A stretch of DNA of 15,902 nt from Elusimicrobiota bacterium (GTDB taxonomy: Bacteria > Elusimicrobiota > Elusimicrobia > Elusimicrobiales > UBA9959), in NCBI GenBank assembly GCA_037137395.1, contig JBAXKK010000062.1, positions 1 to 15,902 on the forward strand, in the 5' to 3' direction. Position 1 is the first letter of the stretch, and the number at the start of each line of letters is the position of its first letter. The position numbers and the translations under genes were made by a program. Below, one piece after another: positions 1-8,211 of this stretch. A model generated the notes under the pieces. It had not been told where the DNA came from. It worked only from the letters and a program-made list of their open reading frames with translations, and ran no database searches.

Positions 1-252
1 ACTGAGAACTATCCCAACCTTAAGGCCAATGAATCAGTTAAGGTTCTAATGGAAGAGCTGACGCATACGGAGAACCAGATCGGTTTCGCCAGGCAGTTCT
101 ACAACGATATCGTTACCAAATTCAACATTGAACAACAGGTTTTCCCGAACAATATGTTAGCCCCCATGATGGGTTTTTCGTCCGCGGTTCTGTTTGAACT
201 CCCTCAGGATTCCGCTGACAGGGAAGTTCCGAAAGTGGACCTTGCGGTATAA
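1..252 (+). CDS. lemA: LemA family protein, C-terminal part (5' end lies outside the window)
   Basis: Frame is open from base 1: TENYPNLKANESVKVLMEELTHTENQIGFARQFYND..., matching the LemA E-x-YP-x-LKA...ELT-x-TEN-x-I-x-FARQ-x-YN pattern; followed by htpX, a common pairing. Confidence 0.9.
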   Translation, partial: TENYPNLKANESVKVLMEELTHTENQIGFARQFYNDIVTKFNIEQQVFPNNMLAPMMGFSSAVLFELPQDSADREVPKVDLAV

Positions 253-256
253 TAAA

Positions 257-333
257 AGGGTGTAGGGGGTAGGGTTTAGGGTATAGTAAAAAACTTCTTA
301 ACCCTGGACCTCTACCCTGACCCCTGAACCCTA
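257..333. repeat. Degenerate AGGGNNN heptamer array with inverted arm (hairpin-capable)
   Basis: AGGGTGT AGGGGGT AGGGTTT AGGGTAT (257-284), an A/T-rich spacer, then reverse-complement heptads TAACCCT GGACCTC TACCCTG ACCCCTG AACCCTA (299-333). Confidence 0.85.
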
Positions 334-337
334 ACTG

Positions 338-1387
338 ATGAACATCTACGAACAGCAGGCAAGGAACAGGCGCATGACTTGGGGAATCATGTTCGTTTTT
401 GTCATTTTATTTTTTGTGATCGGCATGGGCTTTGACTTCTTCTACCTGAGTTTTAATCCGGCCGCGGAACCCGCTTACAAGTGGAACTCCTTGGGTTACT
501 ATGAAGCCGCCGGTGCCTCTCAGCCGGTGCCGTACGGTACCATTTTCGCCCTCCTGATAGGCTTTGGGATGGTGGCTAATAGCATGGTGAACGGAGCCAA
601 AATGGTGCTGCGTTCCACGCAGGCCCGTCTTGCCGTTCCCACGGATGAAAAGGAGCGCCAGTTTATAAATGTGGTCGCGGAGATGTCTACAGCTTCCGGG
701 TTGCAGCGGCCGCAGGCGTATATAGTTCCGGACGCCGACCTTAACGCCTTCGCCGCCGGGATAAATCCGGAAAACGCGGTGATTGCCGTCACCGAGGGGC
801 TTTTGAGTTCGCTCAACAGGGAAGAGCTGCAGGCCGTAGTGGCCCATGAGATGAGTCACATTAAAAATTACGACATGCGCCTCATGACGGTGTCGGCCGC
901 TCTTATGGGCGCCATAGCGCTCCTAAGCGATCTGGCTGGCCGGACCATGCGCGTTCGCGGCTCCTCCGGCGTCGGATCCGCCTCGGCAAAATCTTCTTCC
1001 GGGGGGCGTAAAAGCGGGGGCGGCGCGCTCATGCTGGTCGTTTTCGTGGTCTGGATACTGCTGGTGGTTCTGGCGCCGCTTATCTCGCGCCTGCTGGCCA
1101 TGGCTATTTCCCGCGAGAGGGAATATCTGGCTGACGCTTCCGGCGCCGAACTGACGCGTAATCCCCTGGCTCTAGTGTCCGCGCTGGAGAAGATCCGCGC
1201 TGCCGTAATGCCGTCCTACGCCATTAATAACGGCGTGGCGCATATGTGCATCACTGATCCGCGCGGCAGCCTGATAGAGGAAAAAATGGGCCTTGCTGCC
1301 GACCTGTTCGCCACGCATCCTCCCATGGAAAAAAGGATACTCGCTTTAAAAGTTATGGCATATCAGAAAGGCAAAGCGGCAATTTAG
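338..1387 (+). CDS. htpX: M48 family membrane zinc metalloprotease (HtpX-like)
   Basis: NAFA motif, HEMSH (HExxH), SREREYLADA, FATHPP, several hydrophobic segments; directly downstream of lemA. Confidence 0.9.
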   Translation: MNIYEQQARNRRMTWGIMFVFVILFFVIGMGFDFFYLSFNPAAEPAYKWNSLGYYEAAGASQPVPYGTIFALLIGFGMVANSMVNGAKMVLRSTQARLAVPTDEKERQFINVVAEMSTASGLQRPQAYIVPDADLNAFAAGINPENAVIAVTEGLLSSLNREELQAVVAHEMSHIKNYDMRLMTVSAALMGAIALLSDLAGRTMRVRGSSGVGSASAKSSSGGRKSGGGALMLVVFVVWILLVVLAPLISRLLAMAISREREYLADASGAELTRNPLALVSALEKIRAAVMPSYAINNGVAHMCITDPRGSLIEEKMGLAADLFATHPPMEKRILALKVMAYQKGKAAI

Positions 1388-1542
1388 CAATTCGGAGGCA
1401 TAGCGGTTATAGGCAAAGCAGTCTGGCAGTTTAGAGGCAAAGCAGTTTGGATGTAAAGCAATTTAGCTAAATTGATCACTGCGCTTCTAAGTCGCTAGCT
1501 CGCTTATATCTAAGTTGCTGGCTGGCTTTGCCTCTAAATTGC
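1369..1542. repeat. Degenerate ~8-nt periodic array (AGGCAAAGC / GCARTTTA) with inverted arm
   Basis: AGGCAAAGC-like units at 1369, 1396, 1411, 1435, 1451; GCAGTTTAGAGGCAAAGC (1426-1443) is 17/18 complementary to GCTTTGCCTCTAAATTGC (1525-1542); perfect 16-bp palindrome CAATTTAGCTAAATTG at 1459-1474. Confidence 0.75.
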
Positions 1543-1567
1543 TTGAATCGACATTGAGGAGAACGAC

Positions 1568-2143
1568 ATGATAACATCTACGCAATTCAAAGAAGGCACG
1601 ATATTCACCAATGAGAACGGGCAGATAGTGGAAGTGCTGACCTATCAGCACCACCGCAAGTCACAGGCCCGGGCCGTGGTAAGAGTCAAGCTCCAGAACC
1701 TTGAAACCGGAGCTATCATCGAAACCACCTACCGCCCCGAAGATAAATTTAAGGACGTGATGGTGGAAAAACGGCCCAAGACCTACCTTTACAGCGACGG
1801 CACGCTCGCTCACTTTATGGATAACGTAAGCTTTGAGCAGGCCGGCCTGCCCATGTCCAAGATCGGCCCCCTGATGCAGTTCCTTACGGAAAACATGGAG
1901 GTAGAAGGCCTTTACCTCAACGATAAATTCTTCAACATCGCCTTGCCGGCCAATATCGTTATGACCATAACTGAGACCGTGGACAGCGTGAAGGGCGACA
2001 CGGTTTCCAATGTGATGAAGGATGCCAAGGTCAACACAGGGCTGGGGATAAAGGTCCCGATGTTTATTAAAGAGGGAGATAAGGTCCGCGTGGATACCCG
2101 CACTTTTGAGTATCTTGAGAGAGTGACAGAACCTAAAAGATAG
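1568..2143 (+). CDS. efp: Elongation factor P (atypical loop tip)
   Basis: 191 aa; VRVKLQNLETG, YLYSDG...FMD...FEQ, VKGDT, G-x-x-IKVPMFIKEGDKVRVDTR are EF-P signatures; GAGGAG RBS upstream. Confidence 0.92.
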   Translation: MITSTQFKEGTIFTNENGQIVEVLTYQHHRKSQARAVVRVKLQNLETGAIIETTYRPEDKFKDVMVEKRPKTYLYSDGTLAHFMDNVSFEQAGLPMSKIGPLMQFLTENMEVEGLYLNDKFFNIALPANIVMTITETVDSVKGDTVSNVMKDAKVNTGLGIKVPMFIKEGDKVRVDTRTFEYLERVTEPKR

Positions 2144-2183
2144 TGACGAGTGAATAGTGGTGAGTGGATAGCAGGAAGTTAGG
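2142..2183 (+). repeat. AGTGNNN heptamer array beginning in the efp stop codon
   Basis: AGTGACG AGTGAAT AGTGGTG AGTGGAT AGCAGGA AGTTAGG, strict 7-nt period. Confidence 0.7.
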
Positions 2184-2259
2184 AGGATTTTCTTTTCTGC
2201 ATACGGCTTACGGCGCGCGCGGCGCGCTTATAGCCTAGGGCAATAGACTCTAAAAAATT

Positions 2260-2946
2260 ATGATTAAAGCCGTTATTTTTGATATTGATAACACCCTGAT
2301 GGATTTTATGCGCATGAAACGCGCCTCGGTGGACGCGGCAGTGGATGCAATGCTTGACGCGGGCCTACCCATGAAGAAGGAGAAGATGTACGAGTCGATC
2401 TTTGAGACCTATTGGAAGGAAGGCATCGAAGATCAGAATATTTTTGACAAGGTTCTTGTGAAGGAATTCGGGACGGTGGATTACCGGATCCTGGCGGCCG
2501 GAATCATCGGATATAAACGGGCTAAAGAAGGCCACATGACGCTGTATCCGCGCGTGAAGCTCACCCTCACCGAGCTTATGAAGAGCGGTATAAAAATGGG
2601 CGTGGTTTCCGACGCGCCGCGCCTGTCGGTCTGGCTGCGCATCGTGGCGCTGGGGCTGCATCATTATTTTGAACATATTGTAACTTTTGAAGACACCGGG
2701 GAGCGTAAGCCGTCCCCGAAGCCGTTTAAGAAAATATTGGGCCTGCTGGCGGTTTCGCCGCAGGAAGCCGTTATGGTCGGAGATTGGGCGGAGCGGGACA
2801 TCAAAGGTGCTAAAGCTCTTGGCATCCGCACAGCATGGGCCAAGTATGGAAATGAGTTTGACACCAAGGTGTCCGGCGCGGATTACGAGCTGGACGATAT
2901 CTACGATATGGTCAGGATAATTCGGAAAATAAATGAAAAAAAATAA
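2260..2946 (+). CDS. HAD-superfamily hydrolase, subfamily IA
   Basis: Motif I FDIDNTL, motif II VVSD, motif III KPSP, motif IV VGDWAERDIKGA. Confidence 0.88.
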   Translation: MIKAVIFDIDNTLMDFMRMKRASVDAAVDAMLDAGLPMKKEKMYESIFETYWKEGIEDQNIFDKVLVKEFGTVDYRILAAGIIGYKRAKEGHMTLYPRVKLTLTELMKSGIKMGVVSDAPRLSVWLRIVALGLHHYFEHIVTFEDTGERKPSPKPFKKILGLLAVSPQEAVMVGDWAERDIKGAKALGIRTAWAKYGNEFDTKVSGADYELDDIYDMVRIIRKINEKK

Positions 2947-3505
2947 ATTCCCGGCTTGTATTGCGGCGGTTCTTATCCTGTCGGCTCTAAACGCCGGCGC
3001 GCTTGAAATAACCGCCGCGGCCCCTGCGGCAACGGAAAAAGGGAAAGCCGCTGATTTTGTTTTTTCTGAATCCGTAATCGTGAAGAATATTGCCTTTGAA
3101 AAAGGCGCGGTCGTCATGCCGGTTACCGAGTATAAGGACAGGGTTTACACGGACATCAGGCTGTTGTCCAAATCGCTTTACGAAAAGCTGGGGGCTTGTT
3201 TTTCCGAAAAAAAGTGCGCCTATGCCGGCAAGGCCGCCAAGCTGAAACTTTCAGTTTTAGAAGTTAAGCCTCTTAAATCCAAAGCCCGGGTGGCCAATGT
3301 CATATTGGCTTTTGACGGAGATCTGTCGGTCACTTTCGGCGTCATCAGGAAGGCTTCCGGCGAGCTCTGGGCGGCTTATCCGGCTAATTTTGAAGTAAAA
3401 GACCCCGCTCTTAAGGGCTTGATTGAAAATAAAGTCAAAGAGGCTTTTAATAGCGCGCCCCGGTCCGATAAAAAAGCCGCCGGCGCCGCGGCCGCTAAGA
3501 AGTAA
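2933..3505 (+). CDS. Exported protein with two SpoVG-like repeats (putative)
   Basis: Signal peptide MKKNKFPACIAAVLILSALNAGA; two segments resembling SpoVG by eye (ADFVFSESVIVKNI...VVMP...YTDI; ANVILAFDGDLSV...LWAAYP...LIENKVKEAF); overlaps the HAD gene by 14 nt. Confidence 0.6.
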   Translation: MKKNKFPACIAAVLILSALNAGALEITAAAPAATEKGKAADFVFSESVIVKNIAFEKGAVVMPVTEYKDRVYTDIRLLSKSLYEKLGACFSEKKCAYAGKAAKLKLSVLEVKPLKSKARVANVILAFDGDLSVTFGVIRKASGELWAAYPANFEVKDPALKGLIENKVKEAFNSAPRSDKKAAGAAAAKK

Positions 3506-5128
3506 ATGAAAAAACACCTGGTTCCCCGGATATCTTTTTTAGTCTTTTTTCTGATGGTTCTCTGCTTGTCCGCTGCCTTCGCTTTGAGAACGGAATATCT
3601 GCCGGCCGCCGGCCCGGCCGCCGCTCCAGCCGCGGGCGAGGCAGGGCGCGGCCGCGAGGTTGCCTCCGGGCGGGCGCTGGTAAAGTTTTCTCCTGAAATA
3701 TCATCCTCCGCCAAACGGGAGCTTTTGAACGCTTCCGGTTTTGAATTGGTCAGGGATTTTAAATCTATAGGCTGGATGGTGATTAAATTGCCGCAGGGGG
3801 TTAGCGTGGCCGCGTCCTTGCAGGAGCTGAGAGCGCTTGCCGGAGTTCTGGCTGCGGAACCATCCGGGGTCTACCGCGCCGCGAAAGTGCCCATAGACAC
3901 GTACCGGGCGGAACAGTACGGGCTGTCCAAGATAGACGCTTTCAGAGCCTGGGACATTGAGACCGGATTCTCTAATCTTGTTACCGTGGCTGTTCTTGAC
4001 ACCGGGATAGATGGTTCGCATCCGGATCTTCTGGCGAAGCTCTCCGGAACAAGCCAGTTCTTTGACCCTGACAATGAGGGCGCTCAGACGACGAATGATC
4101 CGCCCACGCCGGCGTGCTCCCACGCCACCAAAGCCGCAGGCATAGCGGCTGCCGTCACAGATAATTCCTACGGCATGGCCGGCATGTCCTGGGGGGCGCG
4201 CCTGCTGTCGCTTAAAGTGTTTAGCGACGCCGACTGCATGCCTGACTGCTCGGACAGGGCCGGGGCAAGTTTCTGCAGCACCGATGATTCCGCGATAATC
4301 AGCGCGATAGTTTATGCCGCCGATCAGCAGGATTCCCCGGCAACCGGTAAAATAGTGCTGAATATGAGCCTTGGGCAGCATACGTTTTGCAGCGCTGCTC
4401 TCCAATCTGCGATTGATAATGCTGTTAGTAAGGGGCTAGTGCTGATAGCTGCCGCCGGCAATAATTCCGGCAGCGTGGATTCTCCGGCCAACTGTCTGAA
4501 TATGATACCGGTCGGCGCCACGGATATCAACGACAACATAGCCTACTTCTCGGCTAGGGGCACGGAAATGCTGAGCCGTGGCGTTACCGCTCCCGGAGTG
4601 AATATTTTTTCTACCGCCCCCGGCTCCATTGTCGTTTCCGATTCCGGAACCTCGTTCTCTTCCCCGCTGGTTGCAGGCCTGGCCGCTTTAATAATCTCCA
4701 CCCGGCCCGCGCTGTCTCCTTCCGAGGTCGGAAATATTATCAGAAATTCCGCCGATGACCGCGGAACCGCCGGGCCGGATCCCATTTATGGCTTCGGCCG
4801 TGTTAATGCGTATAAGGCGCTGCTTCTGGCCGTGAATAATAGTTCTTCCACTTTTACCCCATCCGCGCCGCAGGTCAGGGCCTACGCCTTTCCCAGTCCG
4901 TACAAACCTGGCGCAGGCCTCCTTTCTTTCGTTGTCCCGGACGAAATAGCGGGCGCGAATCTGGTGATAACCATCTACACCTCCGAGGGGGAAGAGATAA
5001 AGAAAATTTCCACGCGGACCTGGGACGGACATACCGAGGCCGGCCGCGGCGCGGCCAGCGGCGTATATCTATTTTTTATGAAGACTGAAAAAGGAACGGC
5101 AAAAGGGAAATTCGCTCTGTTGCGGTAA
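3506..5128 (+). CDS. S8 (subtilisin-like) serine peptidase with N-terminal prodomain and C-terminal FlgD-Ig/T9SS-like domain
   Basis: Signal peptide; catalytic triad motifs VAVLDTG, SHATKAAG, GTSFSSP; oxyanion AAAGN; YGFGRVNA; C-terminal AFPSPY...IYTSEG...WDG...ASGVY. Confidence 0.9.
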   Translation: MKKHLVPRISFLVFFLMVLCLSAAFALRTEYLPAAGPAAAPAAGEAGRGREVASGRALVKFSPEISSSAKRELLNASGFELVRDFKSIGWMVIKLPQGVSVAASLQELRALAGVLAAEPSGVYRAAKVPIDTYRAEQYGLSKIDAFRAWDIETGFSNLVTVAVLDTGIDGSHPDLLAKLSGTSQFFDPDNEGAQTTNDPPTPACSHATKAAGIAAAVTDNSYGMAGMSWGARLLSLKVFSDADCMPDCSDRAGASFCSTDDSAIISAIVYAADQQDSPATGKIVLNMSLGQHTFCSAALQSAIDNAVSKGLVLIAAAGNNSGSVDSPANCLNMIPVGATDINDNIAYFSARGTEMLSRGVTAPGVNIFSTAPGSIVVSDSGTSFSSPLVAGLAALIISTRPALSPSEVGNIIRNSADDRGTAGPDPIYGFGRVNAYKALLLAVNNSSSTFTPSAPQVRAYAFPSPYKPGAGLLSFVVPDEIAGANLVITIYTSEGEEIKKISTRTWDGHTEAGRGAASGVYLFFMKTEKGTAKGKFALLR

Positions 5129-5132
5129 CAAT

Positions 5133-5169
5133 AGGGGTCAGGGGTGAGGGTTTAGGGGATAGGGTGCGG
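5133..5169 (+). repeat. AGGGNNN heptamer array (single arm)
   Basis: AGGGGTC AGGGGTG AGGGTTT AGGGGAT AGGGTGC; 5131-5151 is identical over 21 bp to 8127-8147. Confidence 0.85.
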
Positions 5170-5189
5170 AAATAAGGAGTTTTACGCGC

Positions 5190-5528
5190 ATGATATTTTT
5201 TAATAAAACCAGAAACGCGGCCGCGGCTGCAAGGGTTCTTAAGGCCGACACTTTTAGTTCCAGATTGTTCGGGCTTATTCCGCGTAAAACACTGGAACCG
5301 GAAGAAGGCTTGTGGCTTGACCCTTGCGCCATGATCCACACTTGTTTTATGAGCTTTCCGATAGACGCCGTTTTTCTTGACGCCGGTCTTAAGGTCGTGA
5401 AGGTGGTCCCGTCGCTTAAGCCCTGGAGATTCTCTCCCTGGGTTTACGGGGCTAAAAGCGTGCTGGAACTGGCCCCGGGCCGTGCGTCCGCCGTTCTGGC
5501 GGAGGGTGATTTTTTGGAGGTCAGATAA
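5190..5528 (+). CDS. DUF192 family protein
   Basis: ADTF-x-SRLFGL, IHTCFMSFPIDAVFLD, VLEL-x-x-G motifs; AAGGAG RBS upstream. Confidence 0.88.
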   Translation: MIFFNKTRNAAAAARVLKADTFSSRLFGLIPRKTLEPEEGLWLDPCAMIHTCFMSFPIDAVFLDAGLKVVKVVPSLKPWRFSPWVYGAKSVLELAPGRASAVLAEGDFLEVR

Positions 5529-5577
5529 TTTTTGATTTGTAATAGTTCCGTAATAAAATTATAATTATAGATTGATT

Positions 5578-7380
5578 ATGCTGCCAAACAAGGGTTTACA
5601 GAGAAGAAAAAATATCAGGGAGATACTGATAGAGGGCGGTCTTGTCCCCGAAGACAGTATCAAGGCCGCGGAAGAGCTCGCGGAAAAAGAAGATAAGACG
5701 CTTCAGCAGACGCTTACGGAACTTAAGCTTATAGACGAGGTTAAGCTCCTGAAGGTCATGGCTGACGAGTGGGGATTTAAAGCCGTAGATCTCTCCAAGA
5801 TGGAAGTGCCCAGAGAAACGGTTCAGAGCCTGCCGGAGTCTATCGCCATGCGCCAGGTTTGCGTGCCCTTCGCGCTCCAGGACAATGTGATGTTTCTGGC
5901 GATGTCCGATCCGCGCGATTTTCTGGTGGTGGAAGATATCGGACTCAGGACAGGCCTTGAGGTCAAGGTTTATCTGGCTTTGCCCCAGGGCATAAATAAA
6001 ATTCTTGATAGCGTGTATGGCAAGGCCGACTCCGCCCAGGTGGATCAGCTTGTCGAATCCGTCACCCAGGCCGCGCCTAAAAAGCCTGGCGAGGAAGAAT
6101 CTTTTTCACTGGCCGATGAGGCCGAGAAAAAAGACATCAGTGATGTAGACGCGAACGCCCCCGAAGTTGAGCGTCTCGTCAATGCCATAATATTGAGTGC
6201 TCTTCATATCAAGGCCTCCGATATTCACGTGGAACCTTTTGAAGATCCCAACGGAAAAAATTCCAAGGTCATGATACGCTATCGGGTTGACGGTATGCTT
6301 CGGGCCGCCTCTTTTTCAGTGCCGTGGGCCTACCGGCAGGCCATAACCGCCAAGATCAAGATCATGACCAATTCCATGAATATCACTGAGCGGCGTATCC
6401 CCCAGAGCGGGCGCATACAGATTATCGCCAAAGGCAACCCTATAGAATTCCGCGTGGAAATGATCCCGACCGTCTACGGCGAGGCTTGCGTTATGCGTAT
6501 ACTGGACAGGGCTTCGGTGCGCGTGGATATCAAGGTCATGGGCTTTTTGCCGGACACTGAGAATAAATTGCTCGCACAGTTCCAGGGGATAGGCGGTAAG
6601 AAAAATTTCGGCCTTGTGCTAGTTTGCGGCCCCACGGGTTCCGGTAAATCCACCACGCTCTACGGTTGCCTTAACTACGTCAATCGGCCCGATATAAAAA
6701 TTATTACCGCCGAGAACCCGGTTGAGTATAATATCGACGGTATCGTTCAGGTTCCGGTGAACCCGGAGATCAAGCTGGGCGAGGATAAGCGTTTTGATTT
6801 TGCCAGCGCGCTCCGTTCTTTTATGCGGCTGGATCCTGATGTCATCATGGTCGGCGAGATCCGCGACCAGGAAACCGCCCACATAGCGCTTGAGGCTGCC
6901 ATGACCGGCCATCTCGTTTTTTCCACCATACATACTAACGATTCCGCTTCCGCGCTGGAGCGGCTGACCCAGATGGGCATTCCGCGCTTTGTGGTCGCCA
7001 ACACCATGAAAGCCGTGCTTGCCCAGCGTCTGGCCAGGCGGCTTTGTCCCGATTGCAAGAAGGAAGTTGATATCTCCCCTGAGGAACGGGCGGTTTTTGA
7101 GGCCAACAATGTGCAGATTCCGGCTGGCGCCAAAATCTTTGCGGCCGTGGGTTGCGATAAATGCAAAACAACCGGTTATAAAGGCCGCCTGGGTATGCAT
7201 GAACTGCTCATCCTTAACGAGACTATCCGGACACAACTTTTGAGCGACCCTTCCGCCATCCCCGTTAAGAACATTGCCATGAAAGCCGGCATGCGGTCAC
7301 TATCCATGGACGGCTTGGAAAAAGTGATGCTGGGGCTTACCACGGTCAAGGAAGTTCTTGGCGGCGGGGGCGACAAATAA
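5578..7380 (+). CDS. pilB: Type IV pilus assembly / type II secretion ATPase (PilB/GspE family)
   Basis: ASDIHVEP, Walker A GPTGSGKST, Walker B PDVIMVGEIRD, His box TGHLVFSTIH, tetracysteine CPDC...CDKC, MshEN-like N-terminus. Start could be ATG 5578 or TTG 5572; PilB versus GspE cannot be resolved from sequence alone. Confidence 0.88.
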   Translation: MLPNKGLQRRKNIREILIEGGLVPEDSIKAAEELAEKEDKTLQQTLTELKLIDEVKLLKVMADEWGFKAVDLSKMEVPRETVQSLPESIAMRQVCVPFALQDNVMFLAMSDPRDFLVVEDIGLRTGLEVKVYLALPQGINKILDSVYGKADSAQVDQLVESVTQAAPKKPGEEESFSLADEAEKKDISDVDANAPEVERLVNAIILSALHIKASDIHVEPFEDPNGKNSKVMIRYRVDGMLRAASFSVPWAYRQAITAKIKIMTNSMNITERRIPQSGRIQIIAKGNPIEFRVEMIPTVYGEACVMRILDRASVRVDIKVMGFLPDTENKLLAQFQGIGGKKNFGLVLVCGPTGSGKSTTLYGCLNYVNRPDIKIITAENPVEYNIDGIVQVPVNPEIKLGEDKRFDFASALRSFMRLDPDVIMVGEIRDQETAHIALEAAMTGHLVFSTIHTNDSASALERLTQMGIPRFVVANTMKAVLAQRLARRLCPDCKKEVDISPEERAVFEANNVQIPAGAKIFAAVGCDKCKTTGYKGRLGMHELLILNETIRTQLLSDPSAIPVKNIAMKAGMRSLSMDGLEKVMLGLTTVKEVLGGGGDK

Positions 7381-7403
7381 GACCACGGTTTTTTAAGGCA
7401 GTT

Positions 7404-8120
7404 ATGATAAAGAAAATTATACTCGTGCTCAGTCTCGCGCTGATTCCCTCGCGGGCGGCGTACGCCGGCTCCGGCACTTACGCCAATTTCCCCAACGCTG
7501 TCGCCTCAGATCTCAGACCTTTTGCCAGGGATCTGGGAGGCCTTCTGGGCAGCGGGACTAATCAGACCGCGCGGGTGCTGGGCTTCGGCGGCTTCGATTT
7601 CAGCGCCCGGGGCGTTATGCAATTTGAGCCGGAAAGGAAAAACGGAATCCTGAAGAAAAATAAACCTTTCGGCCTCGGCTGGGTGCAGGCTGAAATAGGT
7701 ATGCCTTTCCGCATAGACGGTTTTATTAAGGCGGCTTCTTTTGATAATATGGCGGTCGCGGGCGGGGGGCTTAAGTATGGCCTTACCCAGCCTCAAAAAA
7801 AAGTGCAAGCTATGCTGGTCGTCAACGGGAATCTGGCCGCTCACAAGTTCTTTTACGCCGCGCATTTGGCTTACGGCCTGGCCGTATCTCTCAACACTCC
7901 GGTCGTGTCTCCGTATTTCGGCGTGGGAATGGATAATACAAGGCTTACGGTGCAGACCGTTAACGATCCCTCTCTGGCTGGCAGGCGCGTTTCCGTAGCC
8001 GAGCCCAGATACACTGCCGGCGTCAAAATGACTTTCCTGAATTATGGTTATGTTTCCGGCGGATATACCTACACGCACGGCCGGGGCCTCGTCACCGCGG
8101 GCCTGGGTCTGAGAATATAA
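7404..8120 (+). CDS. Hypothetical exported protein, probable outer-membrane beta-barrel
   Basis: Signal peptide ending AYA; Gly/aromatic alternating strands (GGGLKYGL, PYFGVGMD, YVSGGYTY, VTAGLGLRI). Confidence 0.6.
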   Translation: MIKKIILVLSLALIPSRAAYAGSGTYANFPNAVASDLRPFARDLGGLLGSGTNQTARVLGFGGFDFSARGVMQFEPERKNGILKKNKPFGLGWVQAEIGMPFRIDGFIKAASFDNMAVAGGGLKYGLTQPQKKVQAMLVVNGNLAAHKFFYAAHLAYGLAVSLNTPVVSPYFGVGMDNTRLTVQTVNDPSLAGRRVSVAEPRYTAGVKMTFLNYGYVSGGYTYTHGRGLVTAGLGLRI

Positions 8121-8121
8121 C

Positions 8122-8208
8122 AGGGTATAGGGGTCAGGGGTGAGGGTGCAGGGTAAGGAGTTCTTTACTCTTCCACCCTCAACCCTGTACCCTAAACCCT
8201 CTACCCTG
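8122..8208. repeat. AGGGNNN heptamer inverted repeat between convergent genes (possible bidirectional 3'-end structure)
   Basis: Plus arm AGGGTAT AGGGGTC AGGGGTG AGGGTGC AGGGTAA; minus arm, read after the smpB stop, AGGGTAG AGGGTTT AGGGTAC AGGGTTG AGGGTGG. Confidence 0.88.
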
Positions 8209-8211
8209 AGT

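Noticed and set aside
257..333. TTTAGGG-like units as eukaryotic telomere or contamination
   Set aside because: Units are degenerate, few, and embedded between clearly bacterial genes at several sites.
2205..2235. GC-rich hairpin after efp as a terminator
   Set aside because: A stem is possible but there is no following U-tract; function unsupported.
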